The notes under the pieces: generated by a model | Databases searched by the model: none | What the model was told of the DNA's origin: nothing | What the model saw: only the letters and a program-made list of their open reading frames with translations | In this document: in pieces, positions 26,899 through 35,363 of the stretch | How positions within the stretch are numbered: the stretch's first letter is position 1 | How the letters are laid out: every line of letters starts with the position of its first letter | Position numbers and translations under genes: made by a program | DNA from: Ignavibacteriota bacterium | Lineage (GTDB): Bacteria > Bacteroidota > Ignavibacteria > Palsa-1295 | Reading direction: 5' to 3' | NCBI GenBank assembly: GCA_963787835.1 | Contig: CAWBEI010000002.1 | Location: forward strand, 1,536,001 to 1,600,000 | Length of the DNA: 64,000 nt

Positions 26899-28374
26899 AT
26901 GAAAAAGATTAGCACCATTTTTTCGTTTTTTTGCGTGCTTGTGTTGCTTGCTCTACCCAGCGCCCCTCGCGCTCAAACAATCACGATCGATTCCATGTCC
27001 GGAACCACGTTTTGTGCCGGTGATCCGCTCTCGGTAACATTCACTGCCACTGGAACATGGGGACATAAGAATGCCTTCACGCTCCAACTCTCGAACGACA
27101 GCGGAATCTTCGATAACGGATTCCAGAATATCGGATCGATAGTCGATACCGCTCCGGGCACTTTTACAATATACACTACGGCTCCTGGTGGCCTGACATT
27201 TCAGCAATTCAGTATTACCCAATACATTGATAAAGATGGCAGGGATACGCTCTATTACGCCGACACAGTCATGACAAGAATTATAGGTAACGATACTACT
27301 TTCGATACGGTAGATGCTCCGCACATAGTAGTCATTCCCGACACTGTTTACGACACCACATTACCTACGCATTATCGTGTACGCATTATGGGAGCTTTAC
27401 CGTACACCCTAAGTGCGGATAATGGCACAGACATAGTGGTTAGTCCAAGCCCAGGCATAATATCCTTCTCTTATCCTCGGCCCGGACTACCTACCCCCCT
27501 AACAGACTCTCTCTATGATGCAGTAATTGGTGCTCCGATAAATTATTATCTTAATGGTGGTTCTGGCACCACATTTTATTGGAATTACGGAGATGGGGCC
27601 GATCCAGCCACATTTACAGAGGTGAATTCTCAGCAACCCAAAACAACCTATTCAACTCCGGGGCTAAAAATGGTGACTGTCCAGGCTGTCGCATCCGGTG
27701 GGTGTTCGGTCTCCGACACAGCCTATACTTATGTGTATGATTGTACCATCCCCGTAATTCCAAATGATGCCATTGTCATTTCGAGCGATACAGCCTTGGG
27801 TGATTGGGACGATTCTTCACTCTATTACGCTTATTCTGCAATCCGAAATCGTACCTTCTGGATAAACCCCGGCGTGACGGTTTGGACCAACACCGGCGTC
27901 TTCAACAATGTTGATACCATCTTCGCCGAATCTGGGGCAAATATCTTGGGTGGGGGTAGTCAAAGCATTGTCTATCTAAAGCCCGGCGCTACCGCAAGTG
28001 ACTGCCTTGTCATCAGTGACACAGGTACAAGTCTCACGGAATGTACTGTGCTGGAATGCCCAGGACTTAGCTTCGATTATTCTCAAGCGCCACCCAACGC
28101 GATCATGGCTGCATACGAAAGCGTTGCGCCAGCCGTATCTTCGGAGCCAATTGAATTATTTCCAAATCCAACGAACGGCAACGTCACGCTGCAAAACCTT
28201 CCATTGGGTGCAAATATAATGGTGATGAATGTGCTCGGCGAGACGGTGCAAACCGAGAACGCGAGAGGGAATACGAATCTTTCACTCGATCTCTCGAATT
28301 TCGCACCCGGAACGTATTATATTCGAATTGCTTCTGGAAATAGTGTAACAACGAAGAAAATGGTGAAGGAATAA
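26899..28374 (+). CDS. secreted T9SS type-A cargo protein with PKD-like domain
   Basis: Signal peptide MKKIST...PRAQ, FYWNYGDG...TYSTPG PKD motif, CTD LFPNPTNG...NVLGE...GTYYIRI...KKMVKE. ORF is open from 26872. Confidence 0.85.
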   Translation: MKKISTIFSFFCVLVLLALPSAPRAQTITIDSMSGTTFCAGDPLSVTFTATGTWGHKNAFTLQLSNDSGIFDNGFQNIGSIVDTAPGTFTIYTTAPGGLTFQQFSITQYIDKDGRDTLYYADTVMTRIIGNDTTFDTVDAPHIVVIPDTVYDTTLPTHYRVRIMGALPYTLSADNGTDIVVSPSPGIISFSYPRPGLPTPLTDSLYDAVIGAPINYYLNGGSGTTFYWNYGDGADPATFTEVNSQQPKTTYSTPGLKMVTVQAVASGGCSVSDTAYTYVYDCTIPVIPNDAIVISSDTALGDWDDSSLYYAYSAIRNRTFWINPGVTVWTNTGVFNNVDTIFAESGANILGGGSQSIVYLKPGATASDCLVISDTGTSLTECTVLECPGLSFDYSQAPPNAIMAAYESVAPAVSSEPIELFPNPTNGNVTLQNLPLGANIMVMNVLGETVQTENARGNTNLSLDLSNFAPGTYYIRIASGNSVTTKKMVKE

Positions 28375-28410
28375 GAACCTGGATTACGCTGATTTATTTC
28401 TGATTTCGCT

Positions 28411-28450
28411 GATGAACGTTCAAGGATTATTCCTTGAGCGTTCATCCTTT
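28411..28450 (+). terminator. hairpin with short U-tract after the PKD/T9SS gene
   Basis: GATGAACGTTCAAGGA-TTAT-TCCTTGAGCGTTCATC followed by CTTTT. Confidence 0.55.
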
Positions 28451-28457
28451 TAGGAAT

Positions 28458-29510
28458 ATGCAGAAAAATTTGAAGATGTCATTGCGAGAAGGGAATTGCG
28501 TAGCGAAGCGAAGCAATTCCCGACGGAGCAATCTCCACGCCGGAGATTGCTTCGTCGGGTCGAACACCCTCCGGTCGTCCGTCCCTTCTCGCAATGACAC
28601 CTTCAAAATTCTTTTTTTGATCCTTTTGAGCGCCTTCGCAAGCTGCTCCAGCCCATCTGACCCTCCCGCAACAACCAGCAGCGGCGAAAAGCTGGAGGGA
28701 ACGGTTGCAGCGTATGCATCCGGCACGCCAATATCGCTTTCGCCAACGGGCATTCAAATTTCGATTCAGGGCACTGCGTATCAGGCGACCGCTGATACCA
28801 GCGGCCATTTCGAAATAGATAACATTCCCGCCGGAGTTTATAATATCATTTTCTGGAAACCGGGATTCGATTCGATGATCTATCCGGTGCATCATATCAT
28901 CGGCGCGGGAACCGATATTATTAACGATGCTTATTTGGTCCAGGAGTCGTCCGATTCGATCACGATGACGGGTGTGTCCTACGTATTCAATGTCAGTCAG
29001 ACGAAGATCATAACCGTTATTGACACTACGATCACGGACAGTCTCGGCAAATTTGATACAATCGTTTCTAAACGGGACTCTGAAGTGGTTATCTATGATA
29101 CTGCTGGAAATTCTAATGGAATGATACTGAGTGGAAAAGTGACAGGGCTGCTCCCGCCGGGAAATATTTATGTGTATACATCGCTGGATAGTGAATTATT
29201 TCCTACAATGTCGAGTCCGCAAAATCAGAGTATGACAGAAGACGCATGGCTTGCAACCCAGTTGAATACTGCTTCGTATCATTCCGGGTTTCAGTCACCA
29301 AAAATGATAGCGGGAGCTTTTAAGGACACACTCACAATGGATGTTGCAACGCTCATGCCATATTCTCTTTCAGCGGGACAAGTAGTGTATGTGTATGTCG
29401 TTGGGCATTCGAATGTGACGGGACTTCCTGCGCAAGGCGGAGAGTATCAGCATTTTAGCACTACGCCGTTCGGGCCTGCTGCGGTGAGGTTTACCTATGT
29501 AGTACCGTAA
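28458..29510 (+). CDS. lipoprotein with carboxypeptidase-regulatory-like (prealbumin-fold) domain
   Basis: Lipobox LLSAFASC, ISIQGT...ADTSGHFEIDNIPAGVYNI...KPGF. The N-terminus is partly encoded by a REP element. Confidence 0.78.
   Translation: MQKNLKMSLREGNCVAKRSNSRRSNLHAGDCFVGSNTLRSSVPSRNDTFKILFLILLSAFASCSSPSDPPATTSSGEKLEGTVAAYASGTPISLSPTGIQISIQGTAYQATADTSGHFEIDNIPAGVYNIIFWKPGFDSMIYPVHHIIGAGTDIINDAYLVQESSDSITMTGVSYVFNVSQTKIITVIDTTITDSLGKFDTIVSKRDSEVVIYDTAGNSNGMILSGKVTGLLPPGNIYVYTSLDSELFPTMSSPQNQSMTEDAWLATQLNTASYHSGFQSPKMIAGAFKDTLTMDVATLMPYSLSAGQVVYVYVVGHSNVTGLPAQGGEYQHFSTTPFGPAAVRFTYVVP
28477..28599. repeat. REP/REPIN element, GTCATTGCGAG family, copy 1 (inside CDS)
   Basis: TGTCATTGCGAGAAGGGA ... 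TCCCTTCTCGCAATGACA terminal inverted repeats with inner AGCAATCTCC/GGAGATTGCT; 123 bp. Confidence 0.88.
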
Positions 29511-29538
29511 GGAAGTTTATGACTATGCTTTTATTAAA

Positions 29539-29676
29539 ACGTCATTGCGAGGAGAATCGAACGACCGGAGGGAGTTCGATTCGACGAAGCAATCTCCGAA
29601 CATTCAGCCGAACCTCAACAGATTGCTTCGTCGGAATTACTCTGCTTCGCTACGTAATTCCTCCTCGCAATGACGT
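29539..29676. repeat. REP/REPIN element, GTCATTGCGAG family, copy 2
   Basis: ACGTCATTGCGAGGAG ... CTCCTCGCAATGACGT with inner CGACGAAGCAATCT/AGATTGCTTCGTCG. Confidence 0.88.
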
Positions 29677-29707
29677 GCATAATAACAAGCTATTATAACA
29701 TTTTTGC

Positions 29708-30301
29708 TTGGATAACGCGCACAAAGAGCGATTTCTTGCACTGCTGGAGCCGGTTTATCCTCGGCTTTTGCGATATGCGCTTGCCATGACACATGATCGC
29801 GAGCAAGCAAGGGATCTCGTTAGCGAGGCCATTCTTATTGCGCTCGAACGGTACGATTTCAATCGCGATGACTCGGGGTTCCCAGGTTTTCTCTACCGTA
29901 TCGTAGCGCGGACCTACAAACGCTGGCATCGCCGCGATCAGCGATTTACGGCTGTTGAAGCAAGCACGCTGGAATCGATCCTCGATCTGAACACGATGCC
30001 GGATGTCGCTGCGGAAATTGCTATTGTGATGTCCGCGCTCGATCGGCTGCCTGCAAAGATGAAGGAAGCCATCTTGCTTTTCGATATTGCCGATCTATCG
30101 CTCGAAGAAATTCGTGCGATTCAAGGCGGAACGTTAAGCGGCGTGAAAAGCCGCTTGCGACGCGGGCGCGAGATGCTGAAAAAGATGCTTGGGGTCGATC
30201 CCGAAGAAGGCATAGGCAGCAAACCGAGTCAAGATCAACTCAGTAAAAACTCGGAAAATAATATCATTCTTATGGAGGCAATAGAAAATTATGCACTCTG
30301 A
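29708..30301 (+). CDS. ECF-family RNA polymerase sigma factor
   Basis: RLLRYALAMT...ARDLVSEA...FLYRIV; LPAKMKEAILLFDIADLSLEEI...SGVKSRLRRGR. Confidence 0.92.
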   Translation: MDNAHKERFLALLEPVYPRLLRYALAMTHDREQARDLVSEAILIALERYDFNRDDSGFPGFLYRIVARTYKRWHRRDQRFTAVEASTLESILDLNTMPDVAAEIAIVMSALDRLPAKMKEAILLFDIADLSLEEIRAIQGGTLSGVKSRLRRGREMLKKMLGVDPEEGIGSKPSQDQLSKNSENNIILMEAIENYAL

Positions 30302-31351
30302 CTCATATCAAACTTATATCAAATCGCTTAACGCGACGCCCACTTATTATCCATTCGGCAAGATGCGCGAACTTGTGATGAACCACAACGCACGCCGCAG
30401 ATCGGCGTTTATTCCGTTCTTCCGCTACGCCGTGGGTTTGGGTTTGCTTGCCACACTTATCGGCGGAATCTTTTTTATCAATAATTCACCTAATAACAGC
30501 GACACTCACTCTGCGGCAACGGTGAGTTCATCAGCTATGGCATCCATAATGAATGTTTCTCCTAATACGATGGTGGTTCTTCCTGTCCCAAAGGAAATTG
30601 ATAATAACAGCATCGCTAAAAAGGAGAGCAAAGAATATACTCCGACGAACAATGAGAATCTCAATGTGAACCAAAACAATACAAATAATAAGGCCACAAC
30701 CTATGAGAACCCAACGGTTGAGCATACTGCCGAACAAACGAATGCAGAGGTTCCGCAGACTGCTTCAGCTTTGAAATACTGCCCCCTCTGTTTCTTCCAG
30801 CTTAAATCAAATATCGAACGCCAGTGAGGAGATGAGCAGAAGAGATTGGTCGGGCTTTGTGTCCGGAGGACCGATAATTTCCAGCAATAGCTTTTCTTTT
30901 AAACTCTATCTTTGGGGCTGCCGGAGTGCACTATCGGATAGCTGGCTCATCCTCTTTAGTCGCAGAATTGCGGCATACTTCTTTCGCGGTCAATCGAGCC
31001 GGACAAAATGGCGGTCTTCATGACACCACATTTATAATAGGTGGTCATTCATACACAAATACAATAGGAACCCCTTCGCAATCGCCAACAACATCAAATT
31101 CGTTCGTAAACTCGGTTGATCTCGGATACCGGTATGTCCTGGAGCCGAATGTTGCACTCTCTCCAAGCGCAGAAATCCTTGCGGGCGCGAGCACATTCGG
31201 ATTTGTTTCCGTGGAGGCTATTGGTATCGAATACCAAATTACGTCATTGCTTACACTTGATCTATCCGCGAGAGCAGAACAACTGTTTTCTTCGCAGTCT
31301 GTGCCATTAACGACATTGGGCTTTGAAGCCGGTATTGGTTTTGGGTGGTAA
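30291..31351 (+). CDS. putative anti-sigma factor with TM helix, low-complexity linker and C-terminal outer-membrane beta-barrel (two +1 frameshifts, probably sequencing errors)
   Basis: ORFs 30291-30827, 30832-31023 and 30926-31351 join into one frame by removing one A at 30774-30776 and one at 30901-30903; ends GFEAGIGFGW. Confidence 0.65.
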
Positions 31352-31387
31352 GCTTTTGCTGAAAAAGAGTGGCAACGCGCTCCTTCT

Positions 31388-32278
31388 TTACGGCGCCGTA
31401 AAATGCTTTTGCTTCGGCTTATTGGCGGCGCGGACGCTATCGCCATTTACGATGGTGTAGTCCTTCGGAATTTGGAATAGGGCGTCATCGAGCTTTTCTT
31501 CGGTGATGTCGGTAAGTTCGCCGCTCGCCATTACTTCGCCATTTACTTTGGTCTCGAATTTAACAGGTATCTTGCCGGCAATGGGCCGCATCATTCCGAA
31601 GATCTCATCGAGCCCTCCGGAGCCTTCGGTACCGCGCCCTAAAAAGGCATCGCGTACGACATCGAAGGATTTGAGCTTCGCATTATCCGAGAGCCACAGT
31701 TCGGTCTCGACTGGCCCCTTCGACGCATGGTATTCTTCGGTTTCCAGTCCGTGGATGGTTTGGGTCTTTCCGGTGGGCTGTGGCATCATGGCCATCAGGG
31801 AATCGAGGATGCCGTTATGCGCGAGTGAATCGTCGATCTTTCCGCGCGTGGAGTCAAGAGTGCGAAGGTCCAGTACCATCGCGGTGTGATTGGGCATCAG
31901 CACCGTAAGCGTGCGCGCATTACGGTCGATGATGGAGTGCATGGTGATTAGGCCACCCAACATGGACACATCGTATGCAACGACGTTCTCCCGCACATAC
32001 ATTTTAAGTCCGACGTTCGCAAAGGCTCCCATCGCGGCGGAAGAATTGCCGTCGCCGTTCCCGCTATCCATTTTGGAGAGATTACCGCCATTGCCGATCA
32101 ATTTCGCAATTCCAGGCATGTGAATGACTTCGGTGATGGTGCCTTCGTATGCGCTGGCAGGCATCTGGCTGCGCTCCGCGCAGGAGGCAAGCAGGAAGGA
32201 AAATAGGCAGGCGACGAGCAGAACAGCTTTTGTGGTTTTCATCGGAACATGGGTTTTCATCGGAGCATAGGTTTTCAC
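31388..32278 (-). CDS. lipoprotein, DUF4412/GLPGLI-like C-terminal domain
   Basis: Lipobox FLLASC, PTGKTQTIHGLETEEY...ELW...IPVK...LFQIPKDY. Confidence 0.75.
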   Translation of the reverse strand: MKTYAPMKTHVPMKTTKAVLLVACLFSFLLASCAERSQMPASAYEGTITEVIHMPGIAKLIGNGGNLSKMDSGNGDGNSSAAMGAFANVGLKMYVRENVVAYDVSMLGGLITMHSIIDRNARTLTVLMPNHTAMVLDLRTLDSTRGKIDDSLAHNGILDSLMAMMPQPTGKTQTIHGLETEEYHASKGPVETELWLSDNAKLKSFDVVRDAFLGRGTEGSGGLDEIFGMMRPIAGKIPVKFETKVNGEVMASGELTDITEEKLDDALFQIPKDYTIVNGDSVRAANKPKQKHFTAP

Positions 32279-32287
32279 CGGAACATG
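32234..32287. repeat. three tandem 18-bp repeats at the start of the DUF4412-like gene
   Basis: GGTTTTCATCGGAACATG / GGTTTTCATCGGAGCATA / GGTTTTCACCGGAACATG, encoding MKTYAP-MKTHVP-MKT. Confidence 0.85.
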
Positions 32288-32353
32288 GAGTGATTATTCA
32301 CGGTTGAAACGCCTAAACAGGAGTGATGTTTCCCTGATCTGCCGTCTCCTCTC

Positions 32354-32381
32354 TTGACTTTTGTATTTAATTTTGTATATT
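32354..32381 (+). promoter_or_regulatory. sigma70-type promoter of the ECF sigma gene at 32446
   Basis: TTGACT (32354-32359), 16 nt, TATATT (32376-32381). Confidence 0.6.
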
Positions 32382-32445
32382 GGTGACCGGAGTTATAGTT
32401 TAACAAGCAACAATCTTCTCAGAAGCGCCGGAATCTACCAAGGTC

Positions 32446-33582
32446 ATGGACTCAACTGACTTGAATTCTCCTCAATCGAGCGAAGCCGAACGTCCGGCCG
32501 AACCCGATTATCTTCGTTCCGAAGAAGACGAGCCGGTGAATGAGACTCCGACTACCCCAAACCGAGATTCCTACGAAGATATCGGTTCCCCTGCGGTGCG
32601 CAATCCATCGCGCTCGCGTCCGGATGCTTCGCTGGCGTTCCGAGGCAGAATGTCCGAGATGATGAGCAATGCGCTGTTCGAGCAAATAGCGGTCGAGCGG
32701 TCGGAAATTGCGTTCAAGGAATTCTATGATTTTCTCGCTCCAAAAGTTTATTCGGTGATCTACCGGATCTTGCGCATTGAGGACGATGCGCTCGATATTT
32801 TGCAGGAAGTATTTACGCATTTCTGGAACACCGCTCCGGAACTCTATAAACTCCATACGAATATCTCCGCATGGATACTTCTGCTGGCGCGCAACCGCGC
32901 CATTGATGAAACGCGCAGTTTCCGGTTCCAAAAGCAAAGCCACACGGAGTCCTATGATGTCCGTGACCACGAGTATATCACGGACGATACGAGTGCGCCG
33001 GATGACAAAATAACGACGGAAGGTTCAAGCCAGGAGATACGTGCTGCCTTCGAGACGCTCACGTCCGATCAGCGTAAGATCATGGAACTTGTGTTCTTCG
33101 GCGGGATGTCGATGAAGGCCGTCGCCAATAATTTGCATTTGAATCCCGGTACGGTTCGAAAATCAGTGCATGATGCGGTCAAAAAACTACGAAAAGTGCT
33201 CAAGCCCGATGATGCAACCCGGCTGAATCTGTCCCCAACCCCGAAGACACCGAAGAACCAAACTATTCCACCCCCGAAGCGTGATCGAGTGGTGAAAGTA
33301 GAAAAGAGAATAAGGGAACATACGGATCATCATGGCGAGGAACTTAACTCGGTTCCACCGTTGGAGCCGGCAGCCGAACCCCAAAAAGAAAAAGTCACAG
33401 AGACGGTGAAAGCAACATCCCGCGCGGAGGGGAAATCGCGGCGGGCACAACAACTTCACTCCATTCTCGACGACCTCATGAAAAATCGAGGCGAGATTTC
33501 AGATACAAATGAGGCAATGAGTAATTTGTCAGCAGATAGTGTTCTGGAACAACATCAGCTTGACCATCCAGATCAAGCATAG
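32446..33582 (+). CDS. ECF-family RNA polymerase sigma factor with N- and C-terminal extensions
   Basis: AFKEFYD...VYSVIYRIL...DILQEVF...WILLLARNRAID; LTSDQRKIMELVFFGG...GTVRK. Confidence 0.9.
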   Translation: MDSTDLNSPQSSEAERPAEPDYLRSEEDEPVNETPTTPNRDSYEDIGSPAVRNPSRSRPDASLAFRGRMSEMMSNALFEQIAVERSEIAFKEFYDFLAPKVYSVIYRILRIEDDALDILQEVFTHFWNTAPELYKLHTNISAWILLLARNRAIDETRSFRFQKQSHTESYDVRDHEYITDDTSAPDDKITTEGSSQEIRAAFETLTSDQRKIMELVFFGGMSMKAVANNLHLNPGTVRKSVHDAVKKLRKVLKPDDATRLNLSPTPKTPKNQTIPPPKRDRVVKVEKRIREHTDHHGEELNSVPPLEPAAEPQKEKVTETVKATSRAEGKSRRAQQLHSILDDLMKNRGEISDTNEAMSNLSADSVLEQHQLDHPDQA

Positions 33583-33644
33583 CGAAGGTTGTCTCGTGAG
33601 GCAATAGCTCACAAACGTTTGACAAGATCTTATTACATCATATC

Positions 33645-35276
33645 ATGGACCGACGAATATTTTTAAAGGGAATCCTTGCAACAGGCGCACTTTCGACAAG
33701 TGCGTTTTCACTCGCGAATCTGGACACACTGGCCGCTCGTGAGTCGCGAAGAACATGGATCGGTACTCCGTCAAAGCCCGCGAAATCGGAACAAGATCTC
33801 GCGGAAGCGCTCGTCGAGCATGCGATCTCGCTTGGTGCCACATATTGCGATGTTCGCCTTGTGCGGGTGCTCTCGCAATCGGTAAGCGCACGCGATCAAG
33901 TGGTGACGGGGCTTTCGGATTCGGAATCCTATGGCCTTGGACTGCGGGTCATCAAGAACGGCACCTGGGGTTTTTCTGCCACGCGGGATGTGGATATGGA
34001 AAATGGAAAACTTGCAGCACAGGAAGCGATCACAATGGCCGAGCATAATTCGAAGATACAAACTATTCCGCTCGATCTTGCTCCGGTCGATGCGGTGCAA
34101 GGCGAATGGAAGACTCCAATCGTGAAAAATCCATTTGAGGTGTCCTTCAAGGATCGCGCACAGTTTTTACTTGACATGCACGCACTTGGCGCATCCGTCC
34201 CGCTCAATGGCAGTAAACTCACCCTTCATTCGGACTTGCATTGTGTGCGTGAAGAGAAATACTTTGCTTCCAGCGAGGGTTCCAAAATTTGGCAGGAAGT
34301 GACCCGCATCGATCCTTCTTCCTGGGCAACCGTTGCGGATCCCACGAAAGGGGAGTTCGCATCGCGAGCATTATTCGTGTTGCCGCAAGGCCGGGGATTC
34401 GAATACGTGGAGCAATACCCCTACAAGGATGAAATAAAACAAGCCGCTGCCGAAGCTCACGAAAAAATTTCTGCAGTTTCCGTCGAGCCTGGAAAATATG
34501 ACCTGATATTACATCCTACGCATTTGTGGCTGACGATCCATGAGTCCATCGGACATCCGACGGAACTTGACCGCATCATGGGTTACGAAGCGGATTTTGC
34601 CGGCACAAGTTTTCTCACGCCGGAAAAATGGCGGAAATTTTCCTATGGATCCGAGTATATGAATATCGTTGCCGACCGCACGCAGGAAGGCGCACTGGCA
34701 ACGGTTGGCTTCGATGACGATGGGGTGGCATCGCAGTCCTATCCGCTCATCGAGCGGGGCGAGCTGGTTGCTCTGCAAACCACGCGCGAGCAAGCCAAGA
34801 TGATCGGCGAAAAAACTTCCCGCGGACAAAGTTATGCCGAAGGCTGGTGGAACACGCCATTCCAACGCATGCCGAACGTCAGTTTGCTGCCGAATCCGAA
34901 AAAGAAATCTCTCGAAGATATTATTGCCGACACCGGCAAGGGTATTCTCATTAAAGGGAACTCCAGTTATTCGATCGATCAGCAGCGCTATAATTTCCAG
35001 TTCACCGGGCAGGTTGCGTATGGCGTGCAAGATGGAAAGATCACGCACATGCTGCGCGACGTCGCTTATTATGGCAAGACGGAAAAGTTCTGGAATGCGC
35101 TCGATGCTCTTGGAGATAAAAGCGAATACATGCTCGGCGGAGCAATGTCCGATGGGAAAGGGGAGCCGATGCAGTTGAATCCGGTTTCGCATGGCTGTCC
35201 CTGCGCCCGTTTTGCGGATCAACGGGTGATCAACTCGCGCCAGCAATCTGCGAATAAGCAAAAGGGGATGGCATAA
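33645..35276 (+). CDS. tldD: TldD/PmbA-family metalloprotease with twin-arginine signal peptide
   Basis: MDRRIFLK Tat motif, YCDVR, GTWGF, HESIGH zinc motif, FDDDG, RMPN, YSIDQQRYNFQF, GKGEP...VSHGCP. Confidence 0.9.
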   Translation: MDRRIFLKGILATGALSTSAFSLANLDTLAARESRRTWIGTPSKPAKSEQDLAEALVEHAISLGATYCDVRLVRVLSQSVSARDQVVTGLSDSESYGLGLRVIKNGTWGFSATRDVDMENGKLAAQEAITMAEHNSKIQTIPLDLAPVDAVQGEWKTPIVKNPFEVSFKDRAQFLLDMHALGASVPLNGSKLTLHSDLHCVREEKYFASSEGSKIWQEVTRIDPSSWATVADPTKGEFASRALFVLPQGRGFEYVEQYPYKDEIKQAAAEAHEKISAVSVEPGKYDLILHPTHLWLTIHESIGHPTELDRIMGYEADFAGTSFLTPEKWRKFSYGSEYMNIVADRTQEGALATVGFDDDGVASQSYPLIERGELVALQTTREQAKMIGEKTSRGQSYAEGWWNTPFQRMPNVSLLPNPKKKSLEDIIADTGKGILIKGNSSYSIDQQRYNFQFTGQVAYGVQDGKITHMLRDVAYYGKTEKFWNALDALGDKSEYMLGGAMSDGKGEPMQLNPVSHGCPCARFADQRVINSRQQSANKQKGMA

Positions 35277-35363
35277 AGCTCCGATTATTGTTTACCACGG
35301 GAATTGGATTGAGTTAACCGTGGTTAATTTCGCGCTCGGTCGATTTTCCGAGCGTGGAATTGC

